Source: Octopus vulgaris (Eukaryota). Taken from it: a stretch of 64,000 nucleotides of DNA. Shown in pieces: positions 25,165-38,449 of the stretch (the stretch's first letter is position 1; the number at the start of each line of letters is the position of its first letter). A program made the position numbers and the translations under genes. The stretch lies in contig OX597821.1 of NCBI GenBank assembly GCA_951406725.2, forward strand, positions 71,982,001 through 72,046,000, given 5' to 3'. The notes beneath the pieces are model-generated. The model searched no databases, was not told the DNA's origin, and worked only from the letters and a program-made list of their open reading frames with translations.

Positions 25165-25960
25165 TATGTTTGACGTTTGCTTTATGTCTGTACAAGTTGG
25201 CTCCAAGTCTCACCCAGAGACCTCAAGAGACAACAGGCTGGAAGTTCACGTTGTTGTTATGCCTAGTGTGCCATATATTTGTTGTTGTTTTTGGTGTTGT
25301 ACTAGTGAATGTCTAATACATAAATAAAAAAATAAAAAAAGTTTGTTTTAAACCTTGGGATTACATAGAGAGTATTTTGCGTAGGATATGAGCAGTTCCC
25401 ATGTGCACTATCTTTTGAATTTCTGCCATTTTGGGGTTTCCTGGTATCTGAGTTAGATAGCAATCAGCCCCTTTCGCTATCATTCCCAGGGCACCTATGA
25501 CAACAGGTATTGTTTTAGTCTTCAGGTTCCACATTTTGCTGATTTCTATTTCAAGATCTTTATATCTGATCAGTTTTTGGTAGGACTTGACAGAAACGTT
25601 TATATCGATTGGGACAGTCATATCAATGAGGAGGCATGTTCTTTGTCTGAAGTATTTCAATATGATGTCTGGCCTATTTGCATCTATCTTTCTGTCAGTT
25701 TGAATGGTGATGTTCCAGAGGAGTGAGATGTGGTCATTTTCAAGCACTGGAGGTGGATTGTGTTCCCACCAGTTTTATTCATGGGGCAAATCCAGGTTTT
25801 TGCAAATTACCCAGTGAATATATTGTGCAGCTCTATCATGCCTGTTGAGGTACTCTGTAGGCGCTAGAAGACTGCATTTGGAGACAGCATGATCAATGGT
25901 TTCATATTGTTGTCGGCATACACATGTTGGGCTACTGCCGTTCATTAATATGTTGGCCTG

Positions 25961-25961
<1 letters not shown>
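25164..25961 (-). mobile_element. R4/Dong-like LINE 3' fragment #3 (CCHC + restriction-like endonuclease)
   Basis: ..VCRQQYETIDHAVSKC..YLNRHD.., then ORF 25361-25747 with RPDII..LLIDMTVP..QK..Y..IPVVIGALG..GTAHILRKILSM*; (TAA)n on both sides. Confidence 0.9.
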
Positions 25962-26024
<63 letters not shown>

Positions 26025-26372
26025 TATCATCATTATCAATGCGGTGAACCAGCAAAGTTACCACGTCGGATAAGATGTTTCTTTATATTCATTACGATCC
26101 GAGTTCAAACTCTGCCGATGTCAACTTCGCTTTTATTCTCTCGGGGTCGCCAAAAATCAGAACCAGTCGAGCACTGGAGTGAATGTAATCGTATTTCTCC
26201 CTCTCCGTAAAAATTGCTGGCCTTGTGCCAAAATTAGAAACAATCAGCATCATCAACAACATCTAAACTAGAAGCATTTGTGTGGGCTGTGATTTTTGTT
26301 TACTGGTTTCAACCAGAGTCTGGGGCCATGCTGGAGCACCACCTTTGTCTTATTTTCATTTCTTTCATTTAG

Positions 26373-26600
26373 TGCAAGGGTGGCTGTGCAGTTAAGAGGT
26401 TCCCTTTGCAACCACCTCCTTTGAGATTCAATTCCCCTGTGCGGCACCTTGGGCAAGTGTCTTTTACTATAGCTTCAGTCTGACTATTGCTGTGTGAGTG
26501 AATTTGGTAGATGGAAATTGTGTGGAAGCCCATCGTATATATATATATAGATATATATTTGTGTGTGTGTGTGTGTGTGTTTGCATGTATGCGTGTTTGC

Positions 26601-26643
<43 letters not shown>

Positions 26644-26840
26644 TCCAATCCCCATAACTTGACATACAGTGTTGCTTTGTTACTTCCCCGCAAACTAGCG
26701 GTTCGACAAAATAAACCGATGGAATAAGTACCAAACTTTAAACACAAAAGTAAGTCCTGGAGTCGATTCGTTTGACCCAAACCCTTCAATGCAGTGCCCC
26801 AGCATGACCGCAGTCCAACGACTGAAACAAGCAAAATGTA
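26373..26840 (+). mobile_element. SINE family B, diverged
   Basis: gcggcaccttgggcaagtgtctt, gagtgaatttggtagatggaaa, cccagcatgaccgcagtc..gactgaaacaag. Confidence 0.75.
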
Positions 26841-27092
26841 AAAATATTTTCTATGTATATTCCTAGTTTGTTGATTGAAGGAATCAAAGTTTGTGTTTTT
26901 CGGAAATACCCGCTTCTTTTATGCAGTAAAACAGCATCAATAAAATGGGATGAAGAGTGAGATATCATCAAGAGATGACATCGAGATAAGAACACAACAG
27001 AGACATTAAACACGAGAAGAGGAGCCACCAACAAAGCAACCTGTTATGAGCGCCGCTCGTCTCTTATTTATTGTTATTAAATCTCTCTCTCT

Positions 27093-27161
<69 letters not shown>

Positions 27162-27304
27162 TAATATCCACATATGAAACGGAACTTCGAACAGTGATGT
27201 TTATTGCGGTAAGAAGGAGCAACAAGTATGGAAAGTAAATGACTCTTGACCTTCGCTTTAAGTAGGATTAAATTAAAGACATCTGTAGTGCTGATAGCTA
27301 TAAA

Positions 27305-27319
27305 TTGGTAGTGGTAGTG

Positions 27320-27381
<62 letters not shown>

Positions 27382-27680
27382 GGTGGTGGTGGTGGTGGTG
27401 GTGGTGGTGGTGGTAGTAGTAGTAGTAGTAGTAATAGTAATAGTAGTAGCGGTGGTGGTGGTGGTGGTGGTAGTGGTGGTGGTGGTGGCGGTGGTGGTGG
27501 TGGTGGTGGTGGTGGTGGCGGTAGTTGTTGTGGTGGTGGTGGTGGTGGTGGTGGCAGCGGTTGGTGGTGGTGGTGGCGGCGGTTGGTGGTGGCGGCGGTT
27601 GGTGGTGGTGGTGGTGGTGGTGGTGGTGGTGGTGGAGGTGGCGGTGGTGGTGGTGGTGGTGGTGGTGGTGGTGGTGGTGG
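27305..27680. repeat. Long (GGT/GTA/GGC)n trinucleotide tract
   Basis: Directly visible; a similar tract lies at ~52095-52230. Confidence 0.95.
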
Positions 27681-28271
27681 ATTGTGAAAGACTTATTTTT
27701 CACCGGCCACAACCGACCGACCAGTCTCGGTCACTCCCTCCGGATTGTTCTCCTTGACTTAAACAACAAATTCCATTCCACTAAAAATAATACTGCGTCA
27801 ACTTAGAAGTTGTCAGCAAACCAGACTTAGTGGCAGACATCGTCATCGGCAGCGACTTGTTGCCTCGTCGGCGCTAAATCAAGGCGTATTTAACGAAGAA
27901 ATATCCATGGGGCCAAAATGTCTGCTTTTCGTTTTAGATCTAATTGATTGCAGAATTCTTCGTTATGGCTAAAGACGAGACCTTCCGCGCGCGCGCGCGC
28001 GCGTGTGTGTTTGTGTGTGTGTGTGCACAGAAGGGGAAAGTTTAAATCTGATGATATGTTTTCATTAGCAAGGTTTACAGTTTTACATAGGGGGCAGCAC
28101 CTTGTTATTTTAGTAATTCTGTAAAAAATTTAATCAATTCGTAAGATATTCATTCGTACCTATTATAGTGCGCGTGTACATGCGCATACCACGTAAATGG
28201 GATGTATACAACACACGATTGACATACACTCACATACAATGGTCTATGTAGACACATACACACACATGCAC

Positions 28272-28309
<38 letters not shown>

Positions 28310-28321
28310 GTATAAAAATGC

Positions 28322-28732
28322 AACCGCACGTGGACTGTTGGCGATTTTTCCTCCTTTCTCTTTGGACTTTCTTGTTTTTCCTGTTTCCGACGAAGAAACA
28401 ACTCTCTTTTTTCACCGAGCGTCATATGTATTTCTTTATTGCCCACAGGGGGCGGGACTAAACATAGAGGGGACAAACAAGGACAGACAAAGGGATTAAG
28501 TCGATTACATTGACCTCAGTGCATAACTGGTACTTATTTAATCGACGCCGAAAGGATGAAAGGCAAAGTCGACCTCGGCAGAATTTGAACTCTGGTCGTA
28601 AAAGCAGACGAAATACCGCTAAGCATTTTGCCCGGCGTGCTAACGTTTCTACCAGATAGCCGCTATGTCCTGTGCTATGTCCTCACGCGTGTTTGTCTTT
28701 CTTTTTCTTCTTTTGCCTCTGTTTTTAATTGA
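28322..28732 (+). mobile_element. Family H1 element interrupted by a SINE A copy (28430-28663, minus strand)
   Basis: accgcacgtggactgttggcgattttt..ccgacgaaga before the insert and gtcctcacgcgtgtttg..ttaattgactata after it; a complete SINE A lies between. Confidence 0.65.
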
Positions 28733-28750
28733 CTATATATATATATACAT

Positions 28751-28867
<117 letters not shown>

Positions 28868-31088
28868 TATGTGGGCACAGGACGTCATGAAACGTGTACA
28901 ACAAAAAATACGAAGTACGAGTACATGGAATATGAACTATGAAAGACACAAATGGAAAACAAGACAAACAACACAAAAAACGACCCTTCATGAGTTGTTG
29001 GACTTTTTTCTACTCTCGTATTTCCAGCATTTAACAAGTTACGCTTTCTATAAAACAGTTGCTCCCGCAAAGCAAATTAAATAAAATTTAGGATTTTGCG
29101 GAGGGTCTAAATTGGTAACACAAACAGGACAGTGAAAACAAGCAGGAAGGGCTGCTAAACCTAAACGAGGTTGTGGTGGCGAGCGCATTATTCAAGCTTG
29201 GACAGGAGACAGACAAGAACACGTCTTCCTTGTTCCAGCTACAACGGAGCGAAAGAAAGAAATATAAGTAGGTGAAGAAAGAAAGATGGTCGTTGGTCAC
29301 GTGGGAGTCACGTGAGCAAGGGGGGAGGAGTTAGGGAGATTGAGTGACAGAGTAATAGGACAGAATATTGGGAGAAGAGGAGGTAAAAGAATAAGAGAGA
29401 GAAAGAGAGTGAAACGAAAGAGTGTTTGTATGTATGTATGCATGTATGTATGTATGTATGTATGTATGTATGTATACTGAGGTATTTAATATGCCACATG
29501 CTTCAGCATATGTCATAAAGATTTACAGCATTTTCATAGACAGCAACAATATAAGCTTGAAGGTTATAAATAAAAACGGAGCACAGTGATCAGGGGTCGA
29601 ATCTATATTTGGTAGCTAAAAATCAACAGTGTTATTTGTTTGTAATAACACATTGCTATGATAACTGCATTTTTTACGGTACATACGTGGAATTATTAGG
29701 CCAAAATTTGAAGTCAAAACTGCTGGGTCGACTTAAAAATTAAGATGACACTGAAGGATCAATAATTCCATGTGAAATGCAGAACGATTTGGAAAGATAG
29801 CAACGATGTCTGGATATTTACAGTCAATGTTTACACTATGCGTTATGTGAACTTGAGTGCCAGAAAATACGACATATTTTTTATCGTGTAGTCCGAGAAG
29901 AAAGCGCAACACTCATAAACTTTTTGTCGAGGACTCAGCCCCAAGTAGGAGGAGAGGAGAAAGTTACCCAGTGACCGGATTGAAGGCTCACAATGAAATT
30001 TACTCTGCAAAGGGCAGTCGAAGATTAATCGGGCCACGAATAAACTCTACCACCCAAGTACAGGAACATCCCATCTGGAGGATTCTACACAGTTTTCTTC
30101 AAGAAAATTTTATTCACAAGGTTCCGGTTGATTTTTGACTATGGTAAAATATACTTTCCGAATGTAGCACCATGTAGTAGGGTCGAACCCGAAACCTCTT
30201 GATTGAGAAACGAACTTTTAACCACACAGTTATGCTTAGTTGCATTTTAAGACCAATTAATGAAAATAGAATCGTTAAAACTTCATTTAGGCTCTTACTA
30301 CAAAAGATAAATATCTAGGGCGCGCAGCTGGATTCGAACACAAAACTCCTAAGTCGGGAACCATACTTTTAACTACACAGTCATGCCTAGTTGCACTTTA
30401 AGATTAATTAATTAACATAGTACCATTAAAACATCATTTAGGTTGTTTCTACTACAGGCGAACATCTTGGCAAATCTCCAGCTGAGCTAATGTTAAATAT
30501 AACAGATGAATAGAAACCTGTTCAACTGTTACAAGTGGTTTGTTTAAGTCTGACCTCGTCAACACAACCAGCGGTGGCAGAATTACGAAAACTGCTTCAC
30601 CAAAGTTGCTTCTAACGAATGTTATTCTTTTGTTTCTTTGATATGTCTTGCCGTCAGTTTCTTTGTATTCTTAAGCATATTTTCTACTCAATTTATTTCC
30701 AATGACGTTAAGTTGATCTAATGTAAGAAAAATGAACAGAAGTCGGCAATAAGTGCTTTTTACGGTGCGGCAGATGATATTAAAAATGTATTAACTATAT
30801 TAAAACTAATTAATTCTTGTCAACGTTTAGGGTTGAAGAGATTTTAATATATCACGTGTGTATGTGTGTGAGCGTATGTATGTATGTGTGCGAGTATGTG
30901 TGTGTGTTTCTGATCGTTAAACCTAACAGCCCTAAAAATTGCTGGTCTTCCCCTTCTTCAAATGATAAATTACAAAAATGTTCCAGATGAATATAAAGAT
31001 AGAACCTCTTTCAACATATTTCATTCATATTTCTTATCCACTCCGTTTTGTTCCTGTCAAAAATATCAGCAGAAAATGTAAACGCGTA

Positions 31089-31164
<76 letters not shown>

Positions 31165-31257
31165 TACATATATATATATCAGCAACACCAACTAGATGCC
31201 GTCCCTGTGGCCAGAAGCCGTTTTGCCAAGATATGTATATATATATATATATATATA

Positions 31258-31433
31258 TACAACGGTTAAGGAATAGGGTAGATAAGATCCGGGTTAGATG
31301 TTTCATAGCGACCGGAACTTCAGAAGTGGTAAATATCCAAGCGAGGTGTAAACCGCAGGCTACTTTTCAGGCCAAGCATATCTTGATTAAATGAAAGTTT
31401 ACATTTTATCTACCCTATTCTTTAACTCTTGTA
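31258..31433 (-). mobile_element. 176-bp element with 28-bp terminal inverted repeats and degenerate hammerhead
   Basis: tacaacggttaaggaatagggtagataa versus reverse complement of 31406-31433 (25/28). Minus strand ctgaaaa-gtagc..gctat-gaaa-catcta. Confidence 0.55.
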
Positions 31434-31645
31434 TTGTTATTCGCATACCCGGCAACTTTGGTTGCCTACCCTGAAATGTAAAATGAATATTTTTTCAATT
31501 TACCGTACTTCGATACGAAAAAAATCCACCACCTTCCGTCCCAAGAAACAACTTATGCATATATAAATTATGAATGTATTTATGTATTTCGTGTGTGTGT
31601 GTGTGTGTGTATAATCAAAATAAGTAACAGGATTTCAAGTAGTAA

Positions 31646-31733
31646 TGCAGTACGACCGTTTCAAGCGACTCCATTTAATTGAAACAGTGCAATTATTACA
31701 TCAATTTTAAATACGGCGCTATCTTCAGCTGCA
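31646..31733 (-). ncRNA. Type I hammerhead ribozyme fold
   Basis: Minus strand tgcag-CTGAAGA-t-agcg..cgct-t-GAAA-cggtcg-TA-ctgca; stem I perfect, stem III acggtcgt near-palindromic. Confidence 0.7.
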
Positions 31734-32706
31734 CAGATATGGAATTTCAACAGACAAGATATATTAATATAATTTTTCTTAAATATTTTAACAGAGCAAG
31801 AGGGTGGAAGAAATTAATGTTGTGGCTATTGTAACAGGAATAGCTAAGAGAACAGACTACAAATTATTTATAGAGTGAAATGAAACAGTGGATGGTCATA
31901 TGGTCATAATTCATTTCCAAATATTATCTATTTCCTTATTATTCAACTAAAATCTGAAGCTAGAAGACTGTATATTTTTAATAAAGAGCAAAAGTGAGTT
32001 GACAGCTCATGGCTGGCTATTGGTCATGAATATTTTCTAAGGTACCCCCACCCCACAAGAAAAAGAAACAAAACTTTAGAAGAGAGTTAATTAGGTAGAA
32101 GTAACGGTCTATAACAGTGGTTGGAGTAGGGGTGACATTAATTCATGTTATTACCAGTTAAAGGGGAAAACACTATGAAACTTAGGATGCCACAATGGGA
32201 TTCAGAAAAAATATTAGGGGCTCAGTGGGAGAAGGTTTATAAACAACATTATCATGTTTTATGAGAATTTTTTAAATTTCAGAAAATTGATATCATAACC
32301 AAATAAGCTAAACGGTGTATTAGGATCAATTTTAAGCATTAAAAGAAATATTACTATTATGTAGAATCAATGTAATACCTCATCTTCACTTAATTAATTA
32401 ACTACTAGCTGGTCTTTATAAAGACTCACTCAAACCACTTGCATATGGAATATCTGGAAAGATATACATGCTATCTACTGAATGAAAGTAGCGAATCAGA
32501 AACAGGATAATAAGATAATAGATATAATTAAACATAAATATACTAGAAAAAGTGTCTACAAATATAAGTAGGTGTAATAGTATTGAAAATAATACATACA
32601 GATACATATGCAAAAAGGAGTTAGATATATACATATATATATATATACACACACATATATATACGCATATATCTTTATATTTATATATATATACATATAT
32701 ACATAT

Positions 32707-32779
<73 letters not shown>

Positions 32780-33244
32780 CTTATACACACATCTATATAT
32801 GCTTATATAAAAGAATATAGTATAATTATTTGGCGTAAACATAAGTAACTAAAAACCTCAATTTAACAACATGAAAAATAACAATTTAAGGGCCATACTG
32901 AGCCACATCTTAACCTGGATGCGTGCGGGGATGAGATGCAACAGGCTCAACGATTCAAAGATTGTTATATATCAGTATAAGCGAAAGTAAATAGGAATGC
33001 AAAAATATAAAATTCAGTACCATACTAAATTTAACAATATAATGGTAGAACATAACGGATAACAGATTAATAAGGTAAACATAACAAAATAAGAAATAAA
33101 AATAATAAGAATTTCTAGAAAAAATGTAAGAAATACATTTAAAGAAGGTGTTACTTATTTTGTTTTTATTCGCCCTACTTTCGAACTGGGCAGATAATAC
33201 TTGACTGGCTTGATGCTTCAACTTATGAGTTTTAATTACTTCTG

Positions 33245-33285
<41 letters not shown>

Positions 33286-33427
33286 TGCCTTATATAATGT
33301 TTTGATTTGTTATAAGATCTTTAGAAAAATAATTATAACATATTTAATTAATTTCTATTTGGTTATTATTGATATCTTTTAACTATTGATGAATAACTAA
33401 ATAGCGGTTTGTCTCTTAATTCTATAA

Positions 33428-33485
<58 letters not shown>

Positions 33486-34451
33486 ATGTATGTATGTATG
33501 AATGTATGTATGTATTTATGTATGTATATATGTATGTATGTATGAGTTATGTATATTTTTACGTTTGTTTTGTGTATATGTTGGACAGCGTATGAACGTT
33601 CATCCTTTGCCGAACGACCTGGACAAATTTGTTTACAGCAATCAAAAGTTCTTGCCGTTCATTAGCTGTTGTCTGAGCAGGTGCACAAGTCTACCACGCG
33701 TCAGGTGTCGAAGTGAAATATTTTTGCTCAACACCCTAACCACTGGGCCATGTGCCCTCCTTCTGTGTATATATGTATACATGTGTGCGTATATATATAT
33801 AAGTCATGTACATATTTATGCATCCTTTGTGTGTGTATACACACACACACACACATACATATATATATATACACACATTCAGACAGGCAGACATACACAC
33901 ACACGAACACCCACATACACAGATGCAAACAAGCACACTCACTATACCTATATATATATATATATATATACATACATTCACGCACTTAGACATACACGCA
34001 GACACCCACATATACACACACCACACACATACTCGTTACATCCTTCTTGAATAAACAATGTCCTTCTCAATATGTCCAGCCTCTTGTGGGTTTTCCTTGG
34101 CTCTGTCATTACCATATAAATTTGCAATGAGTAAATTGATTGCTCTGTTTGTTATTGCAGATGTTGTAGCGAGTGCAGTGAAATAATAGCTGCGGGAGTA
34201 ATGGGCGCTTCGTATTTGTATTACGTATCCATTGCCTTGTGGAAGAAGTCGAGGCTCTAATAGGAACCACCGGCTACGACGCCTGTTTAAGCTATATACA
34301 GTATGTATATATATATATATATATTCTATATGTGTGTATGGCGGAAATAGCAAACGCTGTCCTTTGTGAATAATAATTAATCACAAAATCGTAGATTTGT
34401 AGCTTTGGTATTTGCAAATGTAATATATATATATATGTATCCATGTATGTA

Positions 34452-34584
<133 letters not shown>

Positions 34585-34683
34585 TATACATACATATATG
34601 CACATGCATGCCTATATACATTTCTATACAAGTATATATATATATTCATATATCTTTATAAAGGGACATATATATACGTATGT

Positions 34684-34746
<63 letters not shown>

Positions 34747-34790
34747 CATATATATGTATATATATATATGCATATGTATGAATGTGTATA

Positions 34791-34850
<60 letters not shown>

Positions 34851-35231
34851 TACATGTGTATGTATATATATATATATATATGAATGTATGTATATATATT
34901 TAAACTGTTGTTTTAATTGTACGTGTACGTTTCAACGTGTATTGTGCGCGTGCGTTTGAGCGGCGTGCGTTCGCGACTGTGATATTTATTAAAGCACCTT
35001 CGCTGACCTGCCAAGAACTTCATGCTTGTCATTATATTCCACAAAACGAGGCACGTTAAATAACAAATCATTCAGTAAACAAACAAACAAACAAACAAAA
35101 ACAAACGCTACAAACACAGAAGCGAAGTGGGGGAGGGCAAAACAAACAATAAAAAATATAATTATTATACGAAAAATCTTTTGACAAGGACAGCTTTTGA
35201 GACACAGAATGTGTGTGTGTGTATGTGTGTG

Positions 35232-35275
<44 letters not shown>

Positions 35276-35935
35276 CAGAGAGAGAGAGAGAGAGCGATAG
35301 GATATCACTGAAATTGCGGTTGACTGATCTGATTCTGATCTGAAGAATGTGTTAACCAGATTTATGATTCCTATTATGTTCTACCAAAATCCACACTTCC
35401 TAGTTCCGATTTTCCTCCTGTAGACATAATTTCATGACCATCTCTTCAATGGTTTTGACATTAAGAGACAGGGGGAGGGGAGGGTGTGTGGGTGGCTGAA
35501 ACGCTTCAGTGCTGGACTAAATGCTTTCTGGTATTTAGTTTCGTCCATTGCTTTACATTCCTACGTCAAATCCCATCGGGGTTGGCTAAGCCCTTTTCCC
35601 ACTTCCGAGTTCGAATAGAGGAATGTGATCGATTTCAAAGATTATATCGATCTTTACAAAGTTGAGCGTTGACAAAAATCAATATCAAGTGACACGGAGT
35701 AACGACGTTCAATCCCGGTGCTGTGATTGTCTTTTCCACCTTCTTTTTATAAATCAGATCTTCATCAGAAAGAAAGTACCAGTAATATACTGTGTTAATC
35801 CCTATCCTTCAAACGATTGTGGCTTCATAAGAAGTGTGTTTTAAGTATCACAGTTAAGTGCTGTGCGAGATCAAATAGTCTTTATTGATATCAGGTACGA
35901 ACTCATAGGTTTTGTTTTACCTCTTATATGTAGAC

Positions 35936-36232
35936 TGTGCCACTGTGAAAGTACTCTGGTTGTGCCACCGAGAAAGTATTCTTGTGCCCCTGCGAAAGTA
36001 CTCTGGTTGTGCCACTACGAAAGTACCCTTGTTTTGGCACGGAGAAAATATTCTGATTGTGCCACTGAAAAAGTACTCTGGTTTGCCACCGAGAAAGTAT
36101 TCTTGTTGTGCCACTGCGAAAGTATTCTGATTGTGCCACTGCGAAAGTACTTTTGTTGTGCCACGGATAAAATACTCTTGTTGTGCCAATGAGAAAGTAC
36201 TCTGCTTGTGCCACTGCAAAAGTACCCTGGGT
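35936..36232. repeat. 25-bp minisatellite, ~12 diverged copies
   Basis: Unit tgtgccactgcgaaagtactctggt; no unique spacers. Confidence 0.9.
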
Positions 36233-36966
36233 TAAGTTTTCTCCTCTGAATGCAGCTATAGCAGGTGTAGTATTTCGCATTCTCATCTGCAAGTCTGGAA
36301 GTCAATAGAGCCATTGGCCTATTAAGGGATACTTGTCATAAGCTAAGATATTGCTTTTCGAATAATTCTCAGGTCGAACCACCGTGATACGGTGTACAAG
36401 GCAAGGCAGGGTATAATTGTTAGATTACCAGAACAATCTATCAGAGGGGATTCCTCACACTTTCCGCTTACTCAATTTCATTCGGATGGAAGTTATAAGA
36501 AAAAAACTTTTGCTCATGGTACAACACGGCGAGATCGAACTCCGAACCTAATCATTACTAAGCTCACTTCCCATCCCCAAGGAAACTGCAATGCTTTTCA
36601 TACTGAATACAATCGTAACAATTAACTGATCAACTGGTCTCTTTATCTTTTATTCTTTACTTGTTTCAGTCATTGGACTGCGACCATGCTGAGGCACTGT
36701 TTAGGTCGGACAAATCAATTCCAGTACCTTTAAGACTGGTACTTATTCTTTTGGTCTCTTTTGCCGAGCCGCAAAGTTACAGGAACGTAAACAAACCTAC
36801 GTTCAACGTTCAGCAAACCTACGTTCAACGGGCTCCCAACTGTAACCATCATGAAGTATTGTGTATTTTTGCATTGTCTAATGTTATTTATATTGTTTAA
36901 GATGCTAGGGTTTAGTTTAAGAGAAACTTGGCGGTTACTTCGAGAAAGTTGAACCGCTCTACAGAG

Positions 36967-37161
36967 CAATGGTTCTCAATCTTTTTAATATCCAGGCCAA
37001 TTCCAAAACCAGAATTTTTTTTAGGGAGCCGCACCAAAACGTCAAATAAGTCAATTAAAGAATAATTTTTTATGTTTATAGAGGAAAGACTATCGAGGGC
37101 CTCCGGAAGGATACTTGAGGGCCGCATGCAGTCCTGGGGGGGTTGAAGTTTAAAATCGCTG
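36967..37161. mobile_element. Possible old hAT/Charlie-like MITE
   Basis: Ends caatggttctcaa / tttaaaatcgctg (weak inverted match, 8/13) with internal gggccgcatgc-type motifs. Confidence 0.3.
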
Positions 37162-37427
37162 GCATAGACTGCACATTGGCTTGTTGTACTTATTGTTTAA
37201 CTCCAGGTCTGTCGAGAGTAAGGTAATCTATGATCAATGGCTTTTCGGCCACGACCATCTCGTCTTATTATCAAGCATAGAAAATCTACGACTACATTAC
37301 CCGAAGAATCCATCCCTATTTTAAGACTGTAGGTTGTAATTTGAGCTAGAATTTGGCTGTTATTTATATTTTATGAAACACCCACTTAACGGACTCCCAG
37401 ATTGTCTTGTAATTATTCTGGGTGGTA

Positions 37428-37458
<31 letters not shown>

Positions 37459-37814
37459 CGACGACGACGACGATGATGATGATGACGATGATGATTTTAT
37501 TGTTCCTGCCGCTGTTTTTTTGTTTACTTTTGGCCGCTTTTTGTAGTTGTTTCGTTTGTTGACCAACGGCCATGCCATCGCTATCAGATATCACCAACTG
37601 AAGAACCTGCTATTATATGCCATCTATCTGACAGCATAGTACCAACCTCTGCCGCCAGGTGGCATCTATTTTCACACCTAATATTATCTCCAGAGACAGA
37701 CAATTAGTGCTGCACATGTTTACGTAATTATGATGGCTTATAAATACCGTAAGTTGTGAATGTAGGGTGCTCGTGCTTGTGTGAATATGTGAGCGTGTGT
37801 GTTTGTGTCTGTAT

Positions 37815-37854
<40 letters not shown>

Positions 37855-37898
37855 ATACTCATATATATATATGTTAATAAAATATATGCATATATATA

Positions 37899-37958
<60 letters not shown>

Positions 37959-38449
37959 TGCATGCATATATGCGTGAGTGTGGGGTATTTGTGTGCATGA
38001 CTCTGTGTGTATGTATGTGTGAGTGAGTGAGTGAGTAAGTGAGTGAGTGAGTACAGCAGCAAACGAGATCTAAGAATATTCCATTTCCTAAACCTGCAGT
38101 ATTGTTTTCAACTCGAAAATAGTTTTTAAAAAATATAAAGAAGAAAACACAAACAAACACATCCTTAGAAACACCTGTAAAGATACGACACACAAAACTA
38201 GACACACATTTCTCTCTATATTGTCCTTCCACCAGTAAATAATTAGTAACAATTTCAAAAACAAAGCTGAACCTCATCAACATTCCAATGCTAGGTATCG
38301 AACCAGGAATCTTTAGATCTCTTTTTAAATTCTCTCCACCCAGCCTCTTGTAATTTCTGCAAATGCTCTTCCCTCATTTTAGTAGTAATATATGTAGTAA
38401 TAATATGTTGTAGTAATTAAAATACCATACGTGTGTGTGTCTGTTTATA

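Noticed and set aside
27161-27806. Poly-His/Tyr, poly-Val and poly-Trp ORFs (also 51706-52332, Gly/His-rich)
   Set aside because: These are trinucleotide (GGT/GTA)n tracts open in several frames, with no splice or flanking coding evidence.
35936-36232. CRISPR-like regular repeat
   Set aside because: Units are contiguous with no unique spacers, there are no cas genes, and the context is eukaryotic; it is a minisatellite.
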